Shown piece after piece: positions 7,209 through 14,963 of a stretch of DNA of 24,033 bases (positions are counted from its first letter, which is position 1; every line of letters begins with the position of its first letter). The notes beneath the pieces are model-generated. The model ran no database searches, was not told where the DNA came from, and saw nothing but the letters and a program-made list of their open reading frames with translations. The stretch covers positions 1 to 24,033 of the forward strand of contig DGGR01000017.1 of the NCBI GenBank assembly GCA_002392285.1, in the 5' to 3' direction. The stretch is from Verrucomicrobia bacterium UBA3869 (GTDB lineage Bacteria > Verrucomicrobiota > Verrucomicrobiia > Opitutales > UBA9783). Both the position numbers and the translations under genes were made by a program.

Positions 7209-8053
7209 AACCTTGTCCCTATACCAAAATAGACCTGGTCGGATTCCAAATCACCCAATTTGGGGATGCTATGGCCGTAGACTTTATTATCGAAAAGTTG
7301 GCTGAAGGCAATATGCCGATAGCCCCCTTCGATACGGCATCCAAATCCTTCGTAGCAAAGAAAAGCTGTAAGATTATATAACAGAGCTCCAGTATAAACA
7401 TACTTACGACGATAGCGAGATGAGCCTTCCCAAAACGGAATGCCTACAACGCCTGTAGTATCAACATTAAGTGCTTCCCATGTGGTAAATTTAGTAAAAA
7501 CGCAAGCGCCCCCCATTCCTCCGCCAATGCCTATTGACAGGGAATCCAAAAGATACTGCACCCAATACAGATTAACTTGACAGCCCATAATGCGTTGGTT
7601 TTTGAGGTACATTGCAGTAAACAAATTATTCCACCTACCACTGTAAAAACGGTAACGAGAGACTCGAAAATCAGGCTGTAATATCTGGAAATGGCCAACG
7701 GTTATCATCTTCCGGGATACGTCAAGATTCGCATAAGCTCCTAAGCATTCAAGTTCTAAGTTTAGAACACTGCTAGTAAAGATATCGAACTCCCCACCTA
7801 AAGCTACTGATAACGTACGATAGTTCTTATAGGGAAAGGATCCCTGAGTTCCCTTCCCGTCATCGGCTGGACGGGTGATATGGGTTCGTGTAACTCCAGC
7901 GTAGGGCTCGGATGTATCCTTAAGTCCAGTAATATCCCTTCCCCTAAGCTGTCCGAATCCGCTACGGAATATTAAATAGACCCCCTCACACGGTTGTGTA
8001 TTAAGACTTAAAATAAGCAAGCATATCCATAGGAATCGGTAACGAACATTCAT
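7205..8053 (-). CDS. Hypothetical outer-membrane beta-barrel protein (OMP_b-brl-like), no recognisable orthology
   Basis: The track ORF is 7205..8062. The fourth-codon ATG (8053) sits 8 nt downstream of AAGGA, so I prefer it. The N-terminus MNVRYRFLWICLLILSLNTQPCEG is signal-like. The protein has alternating hydrophobic/polar strands, a glycine-rich SIGIGGGMGG segment, and the C-terminal beta-signal ...QVYFGIGTRF ending in Phe. Confidence 0.55.
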   Translation of the reverse strand: MNVRYRFLWICLLILSLNTQPCEGVYLIFRSGFGQLRGRDITGLKDTSEPYAGVTRTHITRPADDGKGTQGSFPYKNYRTLSVALGGEFDIFTSSVLNLELECLGAYANLDVSRKMITVGHFQILQPDFRVSRYRFYSGRWNNLFTAMYLKNQRIMGCQVNLYWVQYLLDSLSIGIGGGMGGACVFTKFTTWEALNVDTTGVVGIPFWEGSSRYRRKYVYTGALLYNLTAFLCYEGFGCRIEGGYRHIAFSQLFDNKVYGHSIPKLGDLESDQVYFGIGTRF

Positions 8054-8171
8054 AGCGTACATCCTTGTAAATTTTAGTTTACCTATTTTTGGCTTGTGTG
8101 CTAGAACAATTTTAAAAAAATTATTCTTAATAGGGATAAAAACTGCTGCATCTCTATTTTTTAAGCAATTC

Positions 8172-8264
8172 GGAGAGATGGCTGAGAGGCTGAAAGCACC
8201 CGCCTGCTAAGTGGGTGAGCCCTCATAAGGGGCTCCGCGGGTTCGAATCCCGCTCTCTCCGCCA
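8172..8264 (+). tRNA. tRNA-Ser (anticodon GCU), class II with long variable arm, CCA encoded
   Basis: Manual cloverleaf. Acceptor GGAGAGA/TCTCTCC. Anticodon stem CCCGC/GTGGG with loop CTGCTAA, giving anticodon GCT. Long variable arm GAGCCC-TCATAA-GGGCTC. T arm GCGGG-TTCGAAT-CCCGC. Discriminator G followed by CCA. Confidence 0.9.
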
Positions 8265-8277
8265 GATCATTAGATGG

Positions 8278-9216
8278 CTATGCCTTAGGAGGCCGCTCCA
8301 GTTTAATGTTTAATTTTCGGAATAACGTTGCATCGCAGCCGGCTTTCACATTATCCACCGTGAGTAATTTTTCGCTCGAAAATAGTGCGTTGGCTCCAGC
8401 AAACAGGCACAGGGCTTGAGTGGAAGGCGATAAAGTGTTGCGTCCGGCCGCAATTTTAACGTAAGCGCTGGGCATTAATAAACGGGCGCAGGCAATTAAG
8501 CGTACTAGGTCGAAATCGTCAATCGGTTGGGTATCATCCACACGTGTCCCTGGAATTTTAACCAATTTGTTAATAGGAACGCAGCGCGGCGGAGTCTTTA
8601 AATTGGCCAAACAGACAAGCATTTTTACCCGATCTTCGTTCGTCTCTCCCATACCGACAATGCCCCCAGAACAAACTTGGATCCCTACCGACTGAACAAT
8701 TTCGATGGTTTTTAGGCGTTCATCAAGGGTACGCGTGGTTGTAATTTTTGGATAAAACTCAGGGGAGGTATCAATGTTATGGTTATAGTAATCCAGACCC
8801 GCATCTTTTAACAATTGCGCTTGGGGGAGCGTTAAAAATCCGGTTGTTACGCACGTTTCCAATCCTAAAGCTTTGACGGCTCGAATCATTTCACAGATAG
8901 GCCCAAACCCTTGAGGTTCTAGACAACGTCCGGAGGTACTCATGCAAAACCGACTAGATCCATTTTCCTTTGCCCGCTTAGCTGCCGACACCACCGTTTC
9001 CAAATCCAACATCGGTTGTTTGGGCGCCTTTGTTCCATTCCGTGCTGATTGCGCGCAGTAAGCGCAGTCTTCGGAACATCCACCGGTACGAACGCTTAAA
9101 ATGCCGCTCATTTGGACAGTTTGTTCATCAAAATGCTGAATGTGGGCTTCGTGAGCTTTCCTGAGTAATGTAAAAAATGGTTGATTAAAAATAGCGAGTG
9201 CTTCTTCAAAGGTCAT
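8278..9216 (-). CDS. bioB: Biotin synthase (radical SAM)
   Basis: 312 aa. Contains GGCSEDCAYCAQS, the CxxxCxxC radical-SAM cluster in a BioB context, plus the downstream motifs LGLETCVTTG and YNHNIDTS. Confidence 0.93.
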   Translation of the reverse strand: MTFEEALAIFNQPFFTLLRKAHEAHIQHFDEQTVQMSGILSVRTGGCSEDCAYCAQSARNGTKAPKQPMLDLETVVSAAKRAKENGSSRFCMSTSGRCLEPQGFGPICEMIRAVKALGLETCVTTGFLTLPQAQLLKDAGLDYYNHNIDTSPEFYPKITTTRTLDERLKTIEIVQSVGIQVCSGGIVGMGETNEDRVKMLVCLANLKTPPRCVPINKLVKIPGTRVDDTQPIDDFDLVRLIACARLLMPSAYVKIAAGRNTLSPSTQALCLFAGANALFSSEKLLTVDNVKAGCDATLFRKLNIKLERPPKA

Positions 9217-9296
9217 ACGAACCTTACCCTAACCCTTTTAAAGCAAAAATAAAGTTGATTTTTTCAAGATCCGATGCTCCTAATTGAAGGAGTTGC

Positions 9297-9896
9297 ATGA
9301 ATCTTTTTATTACTGGAACCGATACAGATGCGGGTAAAACAACTGTGGCTGCCTGGATTTGTTCGCGCCTAAAAGTTCCTTATTGGAAACTTATCCAAAC
9401 CGGATCCGATTCGGATAGTGCAACGGTTCAGCGCTTGGCACCCCAAACTCCAATCCTCCCTGAGGCGTACCGTTTAAGAGCTCCTTTATCGGCTTGGGAT
9501 GCCGCCCGATTGGAACAAGTTACTGTGGATCCCAACCGTTTCCAGACGCCCTGCACCCCATGTGTCATTGAAGGCGCTGGAGGGCTGTTAGTCCCAATCG
9601 CAGAGGATTTTTGTATGATCGATGCGCTGGAACAAACCCAATCGACTGCTTTGATTGTTGCGCGTTCCAAGCTTGGTATGATTAATCACATCCTCCTGAC
9701 TGTATTTGCCTTGCACCAACGGCAAATCCCAATCGCCGGGATTGTTATTTCCGGTGCAATAGAGCCGTACATTCAAGAAACCATCGAACAGTTTTCCAAA
9801 GAACGGATTGTGGCTGTTTTGCCGGAAAGTTCAGATTTACCGCGTCTATTTGAACGTACACCTGTCCCGGAAGCTATTTGTAAAGTGTTATCATGA
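9297..9896 (+). CDS. bioD: ATP-dependent dethiobiotin synthetase
   Basis: 199 aa. MNLFITGTDTDAGKTTVAAW is the BioD P-loop, and VIEGAGGLLVP is present. AAGGAG Shine-Dalgarno upstream. Its stop overlaps the bioA start (ATGA at 9893-9896). Confidence 0.9.
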   Translation: MNLFITGTDTDAGKTTVAAWICSRLKVPYWKLIQTGSDSDSATVQRLAPQTPILPEAYRLRAPLSAWDAARLEQVTVDPNRFQTPCTPCVIEGAGGLLVPIAEDFCMIDALEQTQSTALIVARSKLGMINHILLTVFALHQRQIPIAGIVISGAIEPYIQETIEQFSKERIVAVLPESSDLPRLFERTPVPEAICKVLS

Positions 9897-11137
9897 TCTG
9901 GAGGCCATTTACCCAAGAACAAACTGCTGCGCGTCCCCTAAAAATCGTTAAGGGGGATGGAATTTGGCTTTATACCGAGGATGGCAAGCGCTATGCAGAT
10001 TTAATTTCTAGTTGGTGGGTAACAGCTCATGGACATGCCTGTCCTAAAATCGCAGCAGCTATTGCCCAACAAGCCGCCACCTTAGAACAGGTGATTTTAA
10101 CCGCTTTTGTGCATCAGCCGGCCGAAAACCTGGTCGCACGCTTAAAAACAGTTTTGCCCCTAAGTTTAAATCATTTTTTCTTCTCCGATAATGGATCTAC
10201 GGCTGTTGAGGTCGCCCTAAAAATAGCCTATCAGTATTTTAAAAACCAAGGAGAAGGGCAGCGGAAAAAATATCTGCACCTGGAAGGAGCTTACCATGGT
10301 GATACGTATGGTGCGATGAGCGTTTCGGGCAGTCGCTCCATGTACCATTTTAACTTTACTGATTTCTTCTTCGAAACCGCCAGCATCCCGGTCCCCGAGT
10401 GGTACGAGGGGGTTGAGGATATTGAAGCCCAAGAGGAGCACATTCTGGAGCAAGTAAAAACCCTTTTGAAGGAAGAGGGATCATCGTTTTGTGCCCTGAT
10501 CGTCGAGCCACTGATCCAAGGGGCACGCGGGATGATTATGTACCGTCCGGAATTTCTTGAGCAATTGGTAACCCTCGTCCGTAGCTTCGGGATTCTTGTA
10601 ATTTTTGATGAGGTTTTTACAGGATTTTACCGAACCGGATCCTGCTTCGCTATGGATGCCGTTCCGACAAAACCGGATCTTGTGTGCCTTTCGAAGGCCT
10701 TAACCGGTGGTTTTTTGCCGTTATCCTTAACCATTGCTACTGATGCTATCTACCAAGCATTTTTGTCAGATGATCCCAAAAAAGCTTTGATTCATGGACA
10801 TTCTTACACTGGGAACCCTATTGCTTGTGCAGCTGCCTGTGCATCGTTCGATCTGTTTCGGCAACCGGAAACCCTTCAAAAGGTTAAGATGGTTAATCAG
10901 ATTCACCGTTCTCAAACGCTACAGGGAGTGTCTAAACGCCGTACTTTGGGCCTTGTAAGCGCTTTTGATCTAGCATCTCCTCAGGATGCTAAGAAAGTCA
11001 TAGAGCACCTTTTCGAGCGGGGGATTTTTATGCGCCCATTGGGTTCAACCCTTTACCTACTCCCGCCTCTATGCATAAAGGCTGATGAATTGCAGTGGGT
11101 CTATCAAGAGCTTCAGCAGGCTATTGAAATGCTTTAG
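9893..11137 (+). CDS. bioA: Adenosylmethionine-8-amino-7-oxononanoate aminotransferase (class III PLP aminotransferase)
   Basis: 414 aa. Contains SSWWVTAHGH, FFSDNGSTAVEVALK, VIFDEVFTGFYRTG and the PLP-lysine context DLVCLSKALTGG. Coupled to bioD. Confidence 0.9.
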   Translation: MIWRPFTQEQTAARPLKIVKGDGIWLYTEDGKRYADLISSWWVTAHGHACPKIAAAIAQQAATLEQVILTAFVHQPAENLVARLKTVLPLSLNHFFFSDNGSTAVEVALKIAYQYFKNQGEGQRKKYLHLEGAYHGDTYGAMSVSGSRSMYHFNFTDFFFETASIPVPEWYEGVEDIEAQEEHILEQVKTLLKEEGSSFCALIVEPLIQGARGMIMYRPEFLEQLVTLVRSFGILVIFDEVFTGFYRTGSCFAMDAVPTKPDLVCLSKALTGGFLPLSLTIATDAIYQAFLSDDPKKALIHGHSYTGNPIACAAACASFDLFRQPETLQKVKMVNQIHRSQTLQGVSKRRTLGLVSAFDLASPQDAKKVIEHLFERGIFMRPLGSTLYLLPPLCIKADELQWVYQELQQAIEML

Positions 11138-11145
11138 GGTTGCGA

Positions 11146-12015
11146 TTAGTGCTGTGGATGGGCCTTATGGTAGACCTTTTGCAAAAACTGGATGTTTACG
11201 TGGGTATAAATTTGGGTGGTTGATAGGCTGGCGTGCCCTAAGAGGGCTTGTACAACGCGCAAATCAGCTCCGTTTTGCAATAAATGGGTTGCGTAGCTAT
11301 GGCGGCAACTATGAGGGGTCATGGTAAGGGGCAAATGAGCGGCCAACAGGTGTTTTTTGATCAGCAACTGGACGCTGCGGGTGGTTAATGGCTCACCGGA
11401 TCGATTCGGGATGAGTACCTCGGTGTTTATGCGCGCATGTAAAGCTTGAAGGGCTTCTAAAGCGGGTTTACCAAAGGGTATCATGCGTTCTTTGCGTCCT
11501 TTCCCCAAGACCCGTAGTAAGCGTTGATCCCATAAAACGTGTTCCATACGTAAGGTGACCAATTCCCCGACGCGAACGCCGCTGCCATAGAGTAATTCCA
11601 GCAAGGCTTTATCCCGCCGCCAAAAAAACTCGGTTAGCTTACCTGCCTCGAACAATTGATCGGGTGTAGCTAATAGCGTGTTCATCTGTTCAAGGGTAAA
11701 AAACTGAGGCAATTTGGGCTCGAATTTGGGGCTCATTTCCTTTAAATTTTGCGGCATTTTATGGTGGTAATGCTGCTCTAAAAAATGGAAAAACGTGCGC
11801 AGTGCGGATAGGTCATGATTGAGGGTACGTTTATTAACCTTTCGTTGTTGTAAAAACAACCCGAGTGATTTGGTATCAAGTAGATCGCATGCCTGATCTT
11901 GGGTGAATGTTGCCCAGGCGTTAACAGAGCGCATGTAATCGCGTTGGGTATAGGGAGAATAAGCACGCTGCTTTAAATAATTCTGAAACGCTTCTAGGTA
12001 AGCAGAATCAGTCAT
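11146..12015 (-). CDS. Tyrosine site-specific recombinase, XerC/XerD family
   Basis: C-terminal catalytic region GVRVGELVTL...HSCRHSYATHLLQNGADLRVVQALLGHASLSTTQIYTHV (R...HxxR...H...Y). The track ORF starts at 12042. ATG 12015 (MTDSAYLEAF) overlaps the der stop in an ATGACTGA arrangement, so I prefer it. Confidence 0.85.
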   Translation of the reverse strand: MTDSAYLEAFQNYLKQRAYSPYTQRDYMRSVNAWATFTQDQACDLLDTKSLGLFLQQRKVNKRTLNHDLSALRTFFHFLEQHYHHKMPQNLKEMSPKFEPKLPQFFTLEQMNTLLATPDQLFEAGKLTEFFWRRDKALLELLYGSGVRVGELVTLRMEHVLWDQRLLRVLGKGRKERMIPFGKPALEALQALHARINTEVLIPNRSGEPLTTRSVQLLIKKHLLAAHLPLTMTPHSCRHSYATHLLQNGADLRVVQALLGHASLSTTQIYTHVNIQFLQKVYHKAHPQH

Positions 12016-13387
12016 ACTGACGCTCCGTATTGCGGGACGCATTGGGTTGTTTTTCTACCCACTCCCAAGCGATCGGACAGCCGCTTAATAAAAATTGTTC
12101 GCGCAGTGTGTTTTCCAAAAAGCGTTCGTAGGTAGGGGGCATCCAAGCGCATCGATTGCAAAAAACTTTAAACGTTAACGGTAATTGTTGCTTTTGTACG
12201 GCGTAATAAAGCTTAAAGCGTTTACCCTGTACCAAGGGAGGAGGTTGTATTTGCTGGGCTTTTTGTAAGCAACGGTTTAAAGCGCCGGTGGTAATCGGGG
12301 TATGGAGACGTTCATATAAGGCTTTTAGCTGCAACAGCAAGGGTTCTAACCCTTCGCGTGTTTGGGCGGAAAAAAAGCAAATGGGGGCATCCATAAACGG
12401 ACAGGCTCGTTTGAGCGCTTCTGTAAATTCCTGCTGAAACGCTTCGATCGATTGGCTACCGTTTCCCTTGAGGTGCTGTTGAGCAATATCCCATTTGTTA
12501 ACCCCTAATAAGCAGCCTTTACCCAAGGAGGCAACTTCATTGATGAGTGCTTTGTCGATCAGGGTTGGCCCAGTAGTCGCATCCAACAGAACCACCGCTA
12601 TATCGACTGATTTTAATGCGTTTTGCGTGCGAAGAGAAGCATAAAATTCCAGCGAATCACTTTGTTTTTTACGAATACCAGCTGTGTCTACCAATACAAA
12701 CTGGGCAGTTTCACCGCTTTTAAAGCCCCATTGGAAAGGGCATTCGATAGCATCTCGTGTAGTGCCTGCTAGGTCACTTACCAACACCCGCTCTTCCTTC
12801 AATAAGGCATTAGTTAAGGATGATTTGCCAACATTAGGTCGTCCTACCAAGGCAAAACGAACTGGAGCTGTCGGTACGGTGGGTATAGGGTCGTTTGTTC
12901 CTTCGGGCAATACCTGCAGAATGGCTTGCTTAAGTTCATCGATGCCGCGGTTATGCTCTGCTGAAATTGCGATAACTGGTTCAAAGCCCAAACGATAAAA
13001 TTCCCCCTGATTGGCTTCGTCGGCTTCCGTGTCCAATTTGTTAACTGCGAGAATGATGGGTTGTTTGATTTTACGCAATTGGCGAGCCAGAGTCAGTTCG
13101 TCTGAGTCTAATCCGTGCCGCCCATCCAAAACCCAAACGATTACGGCAGCGCTGGTTAATGCGCGCTGAACCTGTGCTTCAATGGCTGGGGTAAAGCCAT
13201 CCGATGGATTGAACAATCCTCCGCTGTCTACTAGGGTAAAGCATCCATCAATGGTTGCGGTTAGTAAATCGCGCGTTACTCCCGGTTGGTTATAAACAAC
13301 AGCGGTTCGTGAACGACTGATGCGATTAAATAATGTACTTTTCCCAACATTGGTACGCCCCAATAATAACACAGAAGGTAAAGTCAT
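12008..13387 (-). CDS. der: Ribosome-associated GTPase Der/EngA (tandem GTPase domains plus KH-like C-terminus)
   Basis: 459 aa with two P-loops, GRTNVGKSTLFN and GRPNVGKSSLTN. Each is followed by a DTxG/DSGG motif and an NKxD motif (NKLD, NKWD). GGGAGG Shine-Dalgarno upstream. Confidence 0.93.
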   Translation of the reverse strand: MTLPSVLLLGRTNVGKSTLFNRISRSRTAVVYNQPGVTRDLLTATIDGCFTLVDSGGLFNPSDGFTPAIEAQVQRALTSAAVIVWVLDGRHGLDSDELTLARQLRKIKQPIILAVNKLDTEADEANQGEFYRLGFEPVIAISAEHNRGIDELKQAILQVLPEGTNDPIPTVPTAPVRFALVGRPNVGKSSLTNALLKEERVLVSDLAGTTRDAIECPFQWGFKSGETAQFVLVDTAGIRKKQSDSLEFYASLRTQNALKSVDIAVVLLDATTGPTLIDKALINEVASLGKGCLLGVNKWDIAQQHLKGNGSQSIEAFQQEFTEALKRACPFMDAPICFFSAQTREGLEPLLLQLKALYERLHTPITTGALNRCLQKAQQIQPPPLVQGKRFKLYYAVQKQQLPLTFKVFCNRCAWMPPTYERFLENTLREQFLLSGCPIAWEWVEKQPNASRNTERQYD

Positions 13388-13497
13388 ACCTCCCTTGTAG
13401 GGGAAAAGCCGATGAGGAGCAAGTGGTAAAAATGAATTGCTTTTTTGGAACAGAAGGGTAGATTGATTTTCTTGTTACAACGAATTATTATTAAAAT

Positions 13498-13740
13498 ATG
13501 AAGAAGATTCACGTATTATCATTGGTATCAATCCTTTTGTCTAGCAGCGTATTTGCAGATAAAGTACAGGAATGTAAAACTAATTGCCCAGCAGGAACAA
13601 AATGCGTAACCAAACAAGAGGCAAAAGTAGAAAAAGCGGCTTCTGAGCAAGAAGAGACTGTTAAACCTAGAAAAGGGCATCGCGTTAATGGGCATGGTCT
13701 GTTGCAGAAATACGAAGATCAGTGGAAAAATAAAAAATAA
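13498..13740 (+). CDS. Small secreted hypothetical protein (80 aa), orphan
   Basis: Signal-peptide-like N-terminus MKKIHVLSLVSILLSSSVFA/DK. The mature part is charged, with three Cys (CKTNCPAGTKC). No Shine-Dalgarno sequence. Shares termini with the next gene (see findings). Confidence 0.5.
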   Translation: MKKIHVLSLVSILLSSSVFADKVQECKTNCPAGTKCVTKQEAKVEKAASEQEETVKPRKGHRVNGHGLLQKYEDQWKNKK

Positions 13741-13849
13741 GCTATTCCATCCATCGCTTATTTTAAAGGGTTATCCTCAATATTCAGTCAAAAGGATCGT
13801 TGTAAAAAAACACTTGAAACATTAGAAAAATACGTCTAACTATAAATTT

Positions 13850-14812
13850 ATGAAAATTCATCATTTATTAGCTATGCCTCTTACGCTCGCAACCAGCAGC
13901 GTATTTGCAGGTAATTATTGTGCGTGTTGTGAATCCGGCTGCAATTATCCCGATGCTTATCGTTTAGTGCAGCATTTAACCCAGAACGGTGGAGCTACCA
14001 TCCCCACTGCTTATGAAAAGATTGGTCGGGTTGATTTGCGGGATAACGCAGAAGATTCTTATCTTCATTTGTTTGTTCAAGAAACCTTTGGTGGTTTTGG
14101 ATTAAGCAACCGTTCACTGTCGTTAGAAGATAAGCGAGTAGCGCATTTTTCAGATATCGATAATATCCTCGCAAGCTATTTCGATCATTCTATGTCTGAA
14201 GCCAGAAAGAACCGCATCGCTTCTTTCTTCAAACATATTGCAACCGAAGAATTCATGCGTGAAATTTTGCTAGACGAGACCGTTGATGCTATTCGCGAAT
14301 ATACCGATCGTAATGACAACCGTGGTATTACTACCATTAACTTTACAACGGATAATCCCTACGCTTTGCATGAGATTTCCAACGATATCCAAATCCTTAA
14401 GGTTACGTTAACCTATGAGCAAAATGCTTATAAGACCCGTCGTTACCGTAACTTCTTGGCTTCATTCGAACTGACCTATGACATCATGGAAGACAAGATT
14501 GTAAACGTAAAGTTAATCGGTCCTATGCGGGTTAATTCGCAATTCGTCACGAATGAAGTGACTCAATTGTTCCCTTGCGAAGATCTGAATTGGAAAGTAG
14601 CTTCCATTTTTGATGATGAAGAGTATTTTGCCACATCTGAGAACGAGTGCTGCAAACAACAACCAAAGCCGATCGTTCACAAAGAAGAGGTCAATATTAC
14701 GATAAATCAGAATAACAACCCAGCTGTTGTACAACAAAGGGTTGCTCCAAAAAAAGCAACGAAGCGTCATCGCGGATTGTTTCAGGCTTTTCAGAACACA
14801 TTCGATAAATAA
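13850..14812 (+). CDS. Secreted hypothetical protein (320 aa), orphan
   Basis: Signal-peptide-like N-terminus MKIHHLLAMPLTLATSSVFA/GN, followed by the Cys cluster YCACCESGC. I recognise no family motif. Followed by a strong intrinsic terminator. Confidence 0.6.
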   Translation: MKIHHLLAMPLTLATSSVFAGNYCACCESGCNYPDAYRLVQHLTQNGGATIPTAYEKIGRVDLRDNAEDSYLHLFVQETFGGFGLSNRSLSLEDKRVAHFSDIDNILASYFDHSMSEARKNRIASFFKHIATEEFMREILLDETVDAIREYTDRNDNRGITTINFTTDNPYALHEISNDIQILKVTLTYEQNAYKTRRYRNFLASFELTYDIMEDKIVNVKLIGPMRVNSQFVTNEVTQLFPCEDLNWKVASIFDDEEYFATSENECCKQQPKPIVHKEEVNITINQNNNPAVVQQRVAPKKATKRHRGLFQAFQNTFDK

Positions 14813-14836
14813 TAAGCGTTAACAACTGCTTGATTC

Positions 14837-14872
14837 ACCGGATATTTTTTTAAGTATCCGGTTCTTTTATTT
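14837..14872 (+). terminator. Rho-independent terminator downstream of the 13850..14812 gene
   Basis: Perfect 8-bp stem ACCGGATA (14837-14844) / TATCCGGT (14855-14862). It is extendable by T-A pairs into the T-rich loop. It is followed by TCTTTTATTT. Confidence 0.65.
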
Positions 14873-14963
14873 ATAGGGACGTTCGTAGGGGGAAGAGCTT
14901 ACCTCTCATAACATAAAGGGAATAGAGAGGGCCCCTGCTAACCACTGAACCTATTAGTGTTTT

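Noticed and set aside
9217-9296. BirA bio-operator in the bioB / bioD divergent region
   Set aside because: The only inverted repeat is 4 bp (TTGA/TCAA), so there is insufficient evidence.
11146-12015. Tyrosine recombinase as a phage or ICE integrase marking a mobile element
   Set aside because: Its size (~290 aa) and its XerC/D-like catalytic motif argue for a chromosome-dimer-resolution recombinase. So does its translational coupling to der, and it has no flanking repeats, tRNA target or phage genes.
13738-13767. Weak hairpin TAAGC-N13-GCTTA followed by TTTT after the 80-aa gene, as a terminator
   Set aside because: The stem is only 5 bp with a 13-nt loop and overlaps the stop codon. This is too weak to call, and the two secreted-protein genes may be co-transcribed or separately transcribed.
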